Positions 25,501 to 37,412 of a DNA stretch of 64,000 nucleotides are shown here, piece by piece. Where the stretch lies: contig NW_020846063.1 in the NCBI RefSeq assembly GCF_003704095.1, positions 1,178,001 to 1,242,000 on the forward strand, written 5' to 3'. The notes beneath the pieces are model-generated. The model had not been told where the DNA came from. It saw only the letters and a program-made list of their open reading frames with translations, and did no database searches. This DNA comes from Pocillopora damicornis. Lineage: Eukaryota. The translations under genes were made by a program, and so were the position numbers. Within the stretch, counting starts at the first letter, position 1. The number at the start of each line of letters is the position of its first letter.

Positions 25501-28414
25501 CCTAATAAGATCAAGTTTAATTGGACAAAAAAGTAAAAAAACCTAAAGATTTATCTTGCAATAAAACGAAGAGATTTAAATGACGTGTTGTGGCTAATCC
25601 AAGTGATCACTTAAAACAAAAGATTGAATGGCTTTTAAGTCAGACGTAGCTGTTCTGTTATAATCAGCCATTAACTTTCCATACAATAGAATTTTAGTTT
25701 AAAAAAAGAGTCTGATTTGAATTACTTTAAAATTCATCAGTCGCTGAAGAGGGTTTGTTCTTAGAACGAACTCACAAAGAAGATTAAAAATAGTGCGTAG
25801 GTTGTATTAGCGTGTCGATACTTCCATTACGGGAAAAAGTAAAGTAAAAAATTTATGGAAGAAAAAATTAGAAAACGTTGTATCAGCGTGGTTCCTGTTG
25901 TTTACGGATCGTTATTCAAATGTGATTTTGAATTCTCATTTATAAACATTATTTCAGTTAGAAAGAAATATAGCGGACCTTTTAACAAAGGAAAAAAAAA
26001 CTCTTCTCGAGCTCGCACTGACAAGATAACAAATTTTAAATTACTTTAAAAAATGCAATGGTTCTGATCTTCTCTAACGCGGGAGGGTGGAGCAACTTGT
26101 TAACATACCATAAGATAATTAATTCAATCTGACCACCAAGGAATTCATTCGGCCATCAGATGAAAGGGTTTCCATTGTAAGGTAAGTTAATTTCAATAAC
26201 CTGTCGCCTCGCACGTGCTAAAGACGAGTCGACTGTGTCCTTTGAAAGGGTTAAAATGTTTAGTGTCTGGGTCACCTTCTTCCCCACAGAGAACAAATTT
26301 GAATAAAAGAGAGTGATTTTACTTGACAAACTGTGATAGTAACAGGCTGCCGTGCTTGCCACATATAGATCTAATAATAGTAAAAAATCTACAGATTTGA
26401 CAAGTAATAAATCAGTCACCTCAGGGAGTCATTTTCCTCGACATAATCATTCAAGTTTACCAAACAACTTCAAAATACAAGAACCGATTCTTAGTTTTAA
26501 ATGAAAATTCTCAAGCTAATAAACACTTGAAATGCTACCCACCTCATTCTGTATCGTAGCACGTGTGTTTGTAGGGCAGGGTGAGTTTCGTGTCTGCATC
26601 ACTCGAGTAATTTGAAAAACTGACACAAGTAATATTCTCCTAGCCTCCGCTCAGTGGGATCTCAGCCTTTGATTAGGAGAGCACAAAGATTTTGATAGAC
26701 ATAACAACGGTTTTTTCAGGAGTGTGTCAGTATAAGATGTAAATGTTGCCTAAAAAATCGCTACATTTCTTGCATGATGTTTTGGAGAATTTTGTGCGGG
26801 CGAGCATACGTTTCGTTCATGCCAGCGGGTATTTTTAACTGTTTGTAGTTCACAGAATACTTAAAAATTGTTGACAATTTAACTTGGCATGTACACAACG
26901 ACAGCGGAAGTTTTCCAGAAAACTAGAAAAACGGTTGATAAAGTCATAACGTAGACCAGTAACAAAACATAATGAATAAAGAGAGTAAGGTTTTTTAAAG
27001 AAACTGTGGTGCTGCGTTGGTTGGGCCTATATGATTTTTACATATTCATAGTAAAAAAAAAAGAAACAATTAACAAAAAGTAACAAAACCGTGTCACTTT
27101 CTATTTGAATTACCTAAATTTAAGCAGGTTTTGTCTGAATACCAAGAGACTCAATGTAATAACTTTTTTATTTGTTACCTCCAAGGCATCACATAACAAA
27201 GTACTATCCAGTCCTTGCCAAAATATCGGTCTGTTCAGCCAATCAGAAAGAAGTAGAAACACTTCGTGACCCATGGCAGTTACTCATACAAACGCAGGTA
27301 TGTACACATTTGCTTTTCGGGAGTTTAAGAAGAGTACTACTTGTGTTGGTTACGTGTCTGTGAAAACTTCACTCGTATGTCAATTCTTAACTTGGTAACA
27401 AGCACTTATGCAAAGTCACACCATAAATATAGAATAAAGGGGATTTGTTTCAACACCTTTTAAGTCCTTTTAACTATATCGTAATTATTTCCGAGTTCTG
27501 CAGACGGATAATGTAGAAAGGTTCCTCTGCACTTATATGAAATTCTATGCATAAAAGATTCCCGGTTTTCAACGATTCATGAAAAATTAATTACAATTTC
27601 CGAGCCAACCGTAAACACGTGGAAAATTTAAAAGCTTTGTTGACTTAGAGCCATTGTTTGAAAACTAACAAAACTTTAAATGTAAGTCGCTTTGTACTGC
27701 TTTTTTTTATGCACGTGGATTTTGTCTTAAAGAAATTCCTACACATCTATATTTCCTGTGAGGATGAAATAATGAGTCAGAGTCCCTGTGCAAGTCCGAT
27801 TTCACAGTCGGCTGCTACATCAACTGAGCCACAACGAACTCTTTAAGGAGTTTGGCAATACAATAGGTTCATGATTTTATTAGTTTTCTGATTTTAAAAG
27901 CTGAAAATGAAAATTATTACCATCGACATCTACACGTACTGTTAAAGATTTCCGCGGCCTTAAAATAAAAACAAATCACGGCAAGTCTTACGGCGGATCT
28001 TTAAAAACCAGTAATTTTACCTTCCTTAGCCATGTGACCACTTCATGGCATTCAAACGTACTAAATTAAATTTTTTCATTTGCGTACGTTCTAACTCAGT
28101 TGGTAACTGAAAACGCATTGCACATGAAGTCGAAGTTCAGAGCTAAATGAGCTATATACAATTATTCAATACTTCAGTTCCAATTCCACCGAACTAACAG
28201 AGCAATAACTGACTCTTGTTTTAATCAGAGTCCTGAACATGATAAAATAAATCAAACAAGACACAGTCATACTGTAAAGATGAAGAAAAATTTAAGTTTA
28301 GATCTAAGCAGCTCAGCAAGGCAATAAATCATTATCAGCTCTTCATTAAATAGCCACAACTTTGAAAATGTCCTTAATACATTTATTTTAAGCTATAATT
28401 TACAGAGTCAGCTG

Positions 28415-31400
28415 TTATGGGCTGTCGCTGGAAGATGATGATGATGATGATGACATGAACTCTACTTCATCCACACCTTGTTCTTGTCTACCATTGGTCA
28501 CTTCCTTTGTCAGATTGTTTGTTAGGATATCCAAACTGGAAGATGCATCTTGCTGTGAAAAAAAAAATTTTCAGGGAAATAAAAATAAGTTAATGAGTAA
28601 AAACATTTATTTTGGTCAAACTGCTCCCCCCTTCCCTTCACTCCCAACAAGCCCTTGGCTTATCAAAGGTTTAGTAGAATGAGATGACTGAGTATTGTAA
28701 CTGCAATTTTCAGATACAGGAAGCATGAAAAAAGTGATTTAGGATCCTATGTTTAAGAACTGCTGATCTAAGGTTCACATTCTTCACTCTAACACTCAGT
28801 TGGACTCATTTCTAGGATGTCTTGGCTTCAACATCTCTGCCACACTTTGTAAATGACCAACTTGTTGGCCTCCCAGCAGTCTGGATTGGTAGTGATAAGT
28901 GTTCATTTTTACTCAGTTTGTTTATGTATTGACAGCACCAAAGAGGAGACTGTTATGCTTCCTAAGTCTACTCACTCAAGAGAAAAATAATATTTACAAG
29001 CTTTATTAAGATCAAATATCCACAACATTATTATGGTTGTAATTCCCACATTTAAACTTGGATAATTAAAAATTATATCAAGACAATCATTTTTCACCTG
29101 TAAAGGTCCAGACTGCACTCCTGGAAGCTGGCTTTGCCAGGAAAATGCTGCTGCTTGACCATTTGTGAGGCCTTATAGAAAGAATGGAAAAGTCAATCTC
29201 AGTTATTTATAACTATTTAATGAAACCAACAAATGTACTGATAGAATTACAAAAATAGAAAATGAATTCCCTTGAGTGCAATTTTTATTCAATCTTACCC
29301 AGTCCACCAGTAGGCTGCAGCATCTGTGATGCAGAGGCAGACGACTGGACCACTTCCTGAGGAGCTGAACGATCAGCCCCAGGTCCTTCAGTTTCACCAG
29401 GCACACCTTCCATGAGTTTCCCTAGCCAGCCAGATCGCATCTCAATATCTTGAGGATATGGTCTCCGTGGGTCACCTGTGTGATACATCAGGATGGGTAA
29501 ATATAATTAGCCATCTGAGGTGGTCTTTTGAGCTGAACATTAAATAAAAAGTCTTGAGGCTGAGCCTTGGAAAGGTCATTGTTTTGCATTCTTAGATAAG
29601 CTCTGGATGTTACATCAATAAATTTATCATGCAGTTGTTAATTTCATACCAAATCATGGAAGGACTAGATAACTAAAAATATCACATCTGCAAGATAAGC
29701 ATTGTATGACCTTCAGATTACCAACTAAGTTTCTCAAACACCAAGAGCAAGAAAGAAAAGGACATTGATAAGTTAACAGGAAAAAAACTTTAGAGCGTTA
29801 GCATTCAGATGACAGATTTAATGTAAACAATGAAAGAACTAAATTCTTCCCAATGGTCTTACAAGAAATAGAACAAAAGGAAATTAATCTATTGAGAAGC
29901 ATGACTAAACAAACCTGGCATCCATGATACTGGGGCCTCCACAGCGTTGCTGCTGCTGATTCGATGAGCATACTTGATAAGGTCTTCAGATGAAACCATT
30001 CCTTATCAAAATGAAAGATCATATCAGTCATGCAAAAGAAGAGGCTTCTTTTTCAGAAATTTTCGTGTGTTAATATTTTTCTATTTTTGAGAGGGGGAGG
30101 AGAAGATAAAAGGGGCAATTATATTTTTAACCCTTTAACTCCCAAGATCTGATTGTTAATTCTCACCTCTAGCTGCTACACATTTCCTTGTAAATAAGTT
30201 ATGAGAATAAAGTGTTTGATCAGGATAAAGACTTCTACCTGATACATTTGAGTACTCTCATTACTTGTTTGCCAGATTATTTATGAATATGATAGGGAGA
30301 AGTTTCATGTCAATCACTTCTGGAAGTTAAAGGGTTAAAAAACTTTTCATGGTATAGAAATTGATAATTTCATTCTTCTGTTACTATTTTTCTATCTGTT
30401 ACTACAAATTCAAATTTGAAGAAACAGTTGAAAGCTTTAGCAATGACATGGACATATGAAAAAGAGGGCTCTAACTCTGACACTAGTTTGCTATCTCATG
30501 AGCCAAGGGGGGCAATTCACTTTTGTTCAGATTTTCCTGTCAATATCCATACTCATTTCTATTCTCTCTCTTACGTACCCAATCCCTTGAACCCTGCCTG
30601 ACACAGAATAATAAATAAATAGTTACAAAAAAAACTAGAAAGATCTCTAAAGTTGAAATAATCCTTTCCATTTACCTTTACTGGCCTGATTAATGGCAGA
30701 CAACTTTTTCTTTGCTTGAAATAATGCCTGGGACTAAATATAACCAAATGATGTAAGTGTCCCTATTTTTTTATATTTTCAAAGAGTGTGCCATTTGGGT
30801 CAGTGGCGAGTAAAGAGTAGTGACCAGGGGGAGATGGGCTACTACCCTTTTTGACAAAATTATAACAAATGCTGACTGCAGGTAAACATGGATGCAAAAA
30901 AACTACAGGCAAGCTCTCAAGGACTTAGTTGAAACACAAGACAGATCATTGTCATTCTCAGTATCATGTTCTATTATACAACACTATTTCTTTACACCTG
31001 TGTCTTTACCTACCAATATTTTTTCAGCTTCCTTTAGCTGGGATTCAAGGTTAAGTATTTCCCGATCTTTCTTTGATATTTCTTCCCTCACAGTTTGGAT
31101 TTCCTGTTGTCGTGCTTGCTGCTCCTGAACTTTCTCGATAGCTGCTTGCAGTTCTTTCTCCTTGGAAATAAGTTGATCGACGGCCTGCGCCGAAAAGGCA
31201 AAGTAACAAAAATTTAAATTCACTGATGACCTTCCCTTGTCCTTCGTGATTGCGTCTGACAAAGTTTAACCTTAATAAAATAGCTTACCTTTGCTGTTTC
31301 TCCTGAATTAGCATCTTGCTTTGTTGTTCGATACAATGAAGTTGCAGACAAACTTTCGAATAATTCTCTACATACAAAAGCGGATGAAACTAAGCATTAA

Positions 31401-31592
31401 TCAACATCTGTCGCGATTATAAACAACCCTGATATTTTAAAGAACAGAACTCATCGCATTAGAAATGACGCAGAATAACTGATTTAAGAAAATGGTATAA
31501 CAAGCAACGTACTTGGTTAATTTTTCATAATCATCTAATATCGAATTTATTACATCTTTCGTGCTTCTTTCAGAAGGAAATGCAGCCGCCAT
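28415..31592 (-). CDS. MED4: Mediator complex subunit 4, about 287 aa, 8 exons
   Basis: Exons 31592-31513, 31367-31289, 31184-31014, 30733-30676, 30001-29915, 29475-29299, 29171-29098, 28552-28415 (864 nt). Motifs [41 protein letters not shown], and C-terminal [17 protein letters not shown]. Minus-strand AATAAA at 28387-28382. Confidence 0.95.
30127..30338. mobile_element. Non-autonomous piggyBac-type MITE (212 bp)
   Basis: TTAA|CCCTTTAACT(C)CCA ... TGGAAGTTAAAGGG|TTAA terminal inverted repeats, in a MED4 intron. Confidence 0.85.
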
Positions 31593-31682
31593 TTTGTCTC
31601 GATTGGAGTTGAACAGCGGTATGCCTCATAAATAGTTTTGATTGTGGTGTAACTGTCATGTAGTGGTATTAATGAAAACATC
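31593..31682. promoter_or_regulatory. Minimal bidirectional promoter shared by MED4 and TAF9
   Basis: 90 bp between divergent ATGs. YY1-type GCCGCCATTTTG overlaps the MED4 start codon. Confidence 0.75.
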
Positions 31683-34600
31683 ATGGCGGACAAAACAGAT
31701 ACCAATGAACAGGCAGAAGGTTCTTTACCTGCAAAAAGCACACCAAAAGATGCCTTGGTCATGGCTGCCATTCTAAAAGAGATGGGAATCAGCGAATACG
31801 AGCCAAGAGTTATCAACCAAATGCTAGAATACACATACCGTGAGTTTAAACTGTCACTAACATTTTCAGATGTGATCCACTTCAGGGACAAGGGCATCTG
31901 TTTCTATTGATATATTTTTTGTTCAATTTAAGCAATGTTGAATTGAAATAGTGGTGGCAAAAGTGTCATAGCTAATTTTTTACCTTAAACTCAGGATCTG
32001 ATTAATAATTATCCTGTCAACTTTTACACCTTTCGTTGTACATCAACTAAAAGGATTTGGTTTCAGATCAAAATTATACTCTCTTTTTTATACTTTGGTC
32101 AACCATTATGATCTTTTTTTTTAGGATAATGTGACTCGATTGTGAGAATGAGCTGCAGTTTGCTCATTCTCGGTAGTTTTCAGTGTCGCTTTTGTAGGGT
32201 CATAAATTATTTTCATGAATTTAAGTGGAACTTTAATATAAAGTGGACACAAGTTAGAGACAAAATATTTTGAATCTGCCTACAGGTTACATTACAACAG
32301 TGTTAGAGGATGCTATGGTTTACAGTAAACATGCTGGCAAGAAAGATCTTGATGCAGAAGATGTGCAGTTAGCCATCCAGTCCAGACTGGACCATTCTTA
32401 TACTAATCCTCCACCTAGAGAGGTATGTTTTGAGATGCACAGCTCATTCTGTTCCTGTTTCCTTTTTTTGAGTACAAGATGTAAGAGACCTACACCATAG
32501 CTGCTTATTTCACTATATCTTTGCCAAAATATAACATTCCATGGATACTCTCTATTAGGGGTGGGGAGGATGTACATGTGAAGTTATGAATTAAAATTTT
32601 GTGTTCCTAGCAAAAATATTACACCTTAAAAAAGTTTTTGTCAAACATTAAACAAAGAAACAACACTTTTTGTGTACTATGTGCCCCCACCTTTTTTTTC
32701 ATGACATTTTTCCCTTTTTCCAATCTCCTATTAAGCAAGTCCTAAAGTTGTGTACCTCTGCGGAACTGCACTCATAAATGTTAACCTTCAAATTCCAGAT
32801 ACTTTTAAAACATCTTCAAGTCTGTCAGGAAGGGAATTCCCATCCTCATCCATATTTTGGCGGTCTTAAATTGTGTCAGTAGTTGTCATTCAGGATGCAC
32901 TAAATAGACTGATACATCAGAAGGGAGTCACCATGAAACTGCTTAGGCCTTCATCCAGCTTATCTCTTAGCATAAATGTTAGGGTCCTTAGCACTTATCA
33001 TAACTTTTTACCCCTCTATCTAAGGAAAGTTACATAAGTTATATTAATTTCTCTTATCAGTTTCTGATTGAGATTGCACGGCAGAAGAATCGACACCCTT
33101 TACCTCAGATTCAGACAAAGAGTGGTTTACGGCTACCACCTGACCGCTATTGTCTCACCTCAACAAACTACAAAGTCAAGACACAGAAAAAGGTGATGAA
33201 GAAAGTTTTCACTCTTTTACTCCCAGATCAAATTTGTAATTCCCTTTACTGTCAACCATACAATTCTTATAATGTTAGTTCAGAGAATTTAGAATTGGAT
33301 CAACTAATTATCCCCACATTGATCTCATTCTTTATTCTCATCACTTATCTGGTTGATAAATTGTATAAATACTGTAAGGAGAAATTCTGTTTTGGTCACT
33401 CGCAGGAGTTAAAGGCTTAATGAAACAGGGTTCCTTATGTGCCTGCACTAAGTCAAGTCTGCTTCTGAAATTTGTGGCTTGTATTGTGGAAGATTATGTG
33501 GGTTTGCAGAGCCTGAAACGACTAAAAGTATTGCCATTCCTACCTGGATAGGATGCTAGTTCCAATGACAGATTACCTAATAGCATTTCATCAAATTTCT
33601 TTGGCAGTTTTCAGGTACCCAGTTCCGCCCAAGACACAATGCAATGATCTGGTCTGGTGTCTAACATGGACATTTCAATCCCGAGTCTATCAGGCTAACC
33701 AGTGTTAATACATTGTGTCCCTGTGCTCTGACCAATGCCTCTAAAATTACTTGTTTTATCTTTTAGCAGCATGCTCAGGTTCGTGCCAATCCAGTTGTAG
33801 CTCGAACAATCTCTCAGTCAGCTGTATCAACACTCATAAAACCAACACCAGCAACTATTGTCACAGTCAAAATGCCAACTGCTGCTCCAGTCACAGCATC
33901 TGCAGGACCTGCAGCAAATACTGCAACAGCTGTCACAGCTGGTGTAGCGGTAAAAAAGGAACCAACGGGGACCACTGTGGTACAGAAACAGGCAACAGTG
34001 GCTACAGGAACCCCAGCAATACAGGTGTGATGTTCTATAACCAGACATTATTTTTACTGTAGCTACCTACCTACCAGGAAACTTGTTGCTTGGACAAATT
34101 ACACTGATGGTTTTCCCTGTAACACATACTCATTTAGATGGAAAACTTATTTCACAATGACTGAATTGTTACCATAGTTCTTCAGTCTCACATTGTTTGC
34201 AGTGCCATTACAAACTGTTATGTCAAAAAATTCAAATGAACCTACAATGTGCATCAAAACTCTCAAATGGGCCATGTGTGCCAACTGTACAATGAAATTT
34301 AGTATTTATTATTGAACAGTTGCCACATTATTAAGAAAATTTGGTAAAAATGACTGTCCATGATTAAAAAAATAAAAATTTTGGTCGAATTTGAATCTAA
34401 TCTGATGTGCTTATAGTATATCCTTTCTTATGCTAAAATGCTTCCATAATTGGCTTTTTCAGCAAATACTTCTAACCATCAGTAAACTGTTTCTGGCTCT
34501 TTGTCTCACATCCTTCAGCTTATGCAGGGCATAAACTAACAAGGTAATTTGGTATTATCAACATAGTTGATATCATAAATTGGTCACCCTAAAGAGTTTC

Positions 34601-35135
34601 AAAGCTTGACATTTTGAGTGTTAGCCCTTTGCCAGAGAGAATGGAGGAATTGTGGGTTGTGTGTTTTCCTCTATTTGCTCTGACAAAGGGCTAATGCTTG
34701 AAATGCCAGCTTTGAAACTCTTTATTGTGGCCAATTTACGTCATCAACTCAGTTGACGATACTAAATTACCCTGATACACTCTCCCACAGAGGCAGCACC
34801 ACAGTTTCTTTAGAAACCTACCCCCTTTATTGATAAACTCAAAAGCTAACCAGACAAGTTGTAAGATATATTTGATGATGTCAGGAAAATCCAACAAAAT
34901 TATTTGTGTTTCTCTTCAGGTGAAAATTGAACCAGGAGTGACTGTCACTAAAAGTCAGCCTATCGCAGGTGTACCAGCTGCAGCTAAAGCCTCTCAAAGT
35001 ACAGGCAACCCAGCTTCAATGCTCACAGTGTCAGCGCTTCCAAGCATGGATGAAACAGTTGCCAGCACCCAGCAACCATTGATAACTCCACTTAAGCGAA
35101 AACATGAAGATGAAGATGATGATTATGACACATAA
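31683..35135 (+). CDS. TAF9: TFIID subunit 9 (histone-fold TAF9), about 299 aa, 5 exons
   Basis: Exons 31683-31839, 32286-32422, 33061-33192, 33767-34024, 34920-35135 (900 nt). Motifs [51 protein letters not shown], and C-terminal [14 protein letters not shown]. Confidence 0.95.
33207..33420. mobile_element. Degenerate copy of the TTAA MITE family
   Basis: Starts ttcactcttttactcccagatc, ends gagttaaaggcttaa; about 210 bp. Confidence 0.6.
34543..34831. repeat. Palindromic repeat with about 97-bp inverted arms, each containing a decayed minimal hammerhead-like core (Penelope/retrozyme-type relic)
   Basis: Arms about 34543-34640 and 34675-34771 are imperfect reverse complements. Right arm reads CTGACAA-AGGGCTAATGCTT-GAAA. 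Adjacent gcagcaccacagtttctt motif recurs inverted at about 27000 and 50450. Confidence 0.6.
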
Positions 35136-35710
35136 CTATCTGTTTCAAGTTTCCCTTGAAGTTGTGGGAGGGAATGCATAGGAAGGTCAATTTTTTAGCT
35201 TGACTGGTTTGCTTTGTTCTGTAGTCTTACCCTTGTACATAACAAGCTCATCTGAATCCCCGTCTCACAACATTTAAGCTAAGTTCATTCAATAATATTT
35301 CATATTGAGCAACTGTACATATATCCCAAAACAAACATTAAAGATCTTAGGATGTTTAAAGAATATCATTAAGGTCAACTCTAGTGGCAGCCCAAGGAAT
35401 TCTTCTATCTTTCAGTCAGAACTGCCTGGTTAAAACAATACAGTGAGTAATGGCCAACCATTACAGCTAGGTACATTTGTTCTAGAGGGAAAAGATTTGA
35501 TCAGAGAATTTCATGCAAATGAATTAGAAAATAAGAAATCTTGCTTCAAAGGCATCAAGAACTGCCACAGTCTCTTTATTTACCAGGTAATATACAACTG
35601 TCTGCTTGTTCCTGGTTCAAACTATTTTCTTTACAAAAATAAAGGGAAGAAGGGGATTAAGGTAAATGGTAAACCTGAGCAAAACACAAGTTTGTAAATT
35701 CAAGGAGAAC

Positions 35711-35920
35711 TTAACCCTTTAACTCTCAAAAGTGATTAACATGTAACATCTGCCTGTAATATCTAAACATCATCCAGCAAACAGGTCATGATACTCAAAA
35801 CTTATCAGTTAGAAGCTGTTGTCTTGATCTAATACCATATTCACATAACTAATTTGCGAGGAAATGTGTAGCAGCTAGAAAGGAGAATTAACAACCAGAT
35901 CTTGGGAGTTAAAGAGTTAA
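35711..35920. mobile_element. piggyBac-type MITE (210 bp), inverted relative to the 30127 copy
   Basis: TTAA|CCCTTTAACTC ... GGGAGTTAAAGAG|TTAA; interior is similar to the reverse complement of 30127-30338. Confidence 0.8.
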
Positions 35921-36084
35921 CATTCTTTTATACTTTTGTTCAGCGGAAAAGAGAACATGAATCAGCTTGAGAACAGAGACAAATAAAGTTAGGAGAGATT
36001 CATCAGATTATTAAGGTTCACAGTATCAACATTGAGAGAGTACCCCTGCATATAAGTCCTTTGTTGAGCACAAAACATCTGGAC

Positions 36085-37254
36085 TTAAAATATTGCCACC
36101 AGTAACAATGCTGCCACAATGGTAACTAGTATGAACAAAATCCACCCCCAAGATTTCCAGGGATTTTCTTCTTTCTTGGGATCCAACTCTGTGGAAGTTG
36201 TCCTTTCCTTGGCATCAAAATGACAAGGAGTCTTCCCTTTTGAAGGATCCAATTTCGAGGATTTGGTGACGACCCGTTCTATGCCCCTGTATCTCCAGTT
36301 CTGAGCCCAACTGTTGTGTCTGAGAATTCTTAGACCTGCGCGACGGGCAACCTCCTTACACACCCTGCATCTTTGCCCCCGTCGTCTGAGTTCCGACGAC
36401 CAGAACTCATCTCTTGGAAACAACCTATGACAGCAGGTGCATGCTGTATCAGCTCGGGGAAAATAAACATTTCCTTTATCAGGTATGATGTTAAGAGGAA
36501 GAAGTGCATTCTTCTCGTATTCGTCAAAATACCTTTTGGTTTTACATCGAACGAAATCAGCGTATCTCTCGGATGCTATTCGTAGGCGAATCTGATCAGC
36601 ACCTTGTAAGATACCCTTCAACTTGTCGTACAAACTGAACATGGCCAATGTATCAACAATACAATATTGTATTAACTCATTTGACAAAGGTCTCTTCTTC
36701 CATATTTCTTCATCATTCTTCAACAAAAACCTTCCCTCATCCTTCATTTTGATTAAATTTTCATCACCGACGTACAGCTCAAGGCAGCGACGAAAACCGA
36801 AAATGCTCTCCACTTGATCATTTGGTCTTTGATTACGATGAGAGTGGCCCGCACCGAAGAAGGTCTGACCAGTCGCTGAGTCGTTTTCACGACGGTAGAG
36901 GATTTCAAGGAGCTGCAAATCCAAAATACCTGTCAGTCTTACGTTAAACTGATGCCAGAGAGCATCTGAATCCTCTCGGCAATCAAACATCAGCTTCGTG
37001 CACGACTTGTCTTCAAGGATTTGACTCAGTCCACCACTGAATGTAAACTTTCCCAACTTATAGACATCAAATATGTAGACTTCTTCCTCAGTTGCGACTG
37101 CTATAATTGTAAGTGCTCCATGTCTACTCAAAGAAACTCCTTCACAATCAACAGCTATAAACCGTGAGCTATTATGTTCTAATTTCCGTTTGAGGTTATA
37201 AATAGCATCCTTCAAACTTCTCTGTTCATCGACAACTTTGTAGTAATTTTTCAT
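36085..37254 (-). CDS. EXD1/Egalitarian-like DEDDy 3'-5' exonuclease with C4 zinc finger and C-terminal transmembrane helix (copy 1, 389 aa, intronless)
   Basis: ExoI AVDCEG (D36,E38), ExoII FDCREDSDAL (D95), WKKRPL, ExoIII YCIVDT (Y197,D201); C272-x2-C-x20-C-x2-C299; hydrophobic end WGWILFILVTIVAALLLVAIF. Confidence 0.85.
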   Translation of the reverse strand: MKNYYKVVDEQRSLKDAIYNLKRKLEHNSSRFIAVDCEGVSLSRHGALTIIAVATEEEVYIFDVYKLGKFTFSGGLSQILEDKSCTKLMFDCREDSDALWHQFNVRLTGILDLQLLEILYRRENDSATGQTFFGAGHSHRNQRPNDQVESIFGFRRCLELYVGDENLIKMKDEGRFLLKNDEEIWKKRPLSNELIQYCIVDTLAMFSLYDKLKGILQGADQIRLRIASERYADFVRCKTKRYFDEYEKNALLPLNIIPDKGNVYFPRADTACTCCHRLFPRDEFWSSELRRRGQRCRVCKEVARRAGLRILRHNSWAQNWRYRGIERVVTKSSKLDPSKGKTPCHFDAKERTTSTELDPKKEENPWKSWGWILFILVTIVAALLLVAIF

Positions 37255-37390
37255 CTTGCTTGTCGTTCACGATTTCCACTCAAGCAAAAAGGTTGCTGCC
37301 TACCTTCTTTGAGACCTTATTTTTAGGTTTAGAGCGAATCCGAGCTTTCTTGAAACCACTTCGTCGAGTGAACGAGTTTCAAGAATTCAT

Positions 37391-37412
37391 CAGTTTCCAC
37401 TTTCACTTCCGG
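37391..37412 (-). promoter_or_regulatory. Ets-IRF composite / ISRE-like motif upstream of exonuclease copy 1
   Basis: Minus strand CCGGAAGTGAAAGTGGAAACTG contains GGAAnnGAAA, about 140 bp upstream of the ATG. Further GAAAGTGAAA at 37632-37641 and AAAGTGAAAG at 37750-37759. Confidence 0.45.

Noticed and set aside
26533-26749. Exon-like minus-strand segment with AG/GT ends
   Set aside because: Stops in all three frames; at most a non-coding exon, with no supporting evidence.
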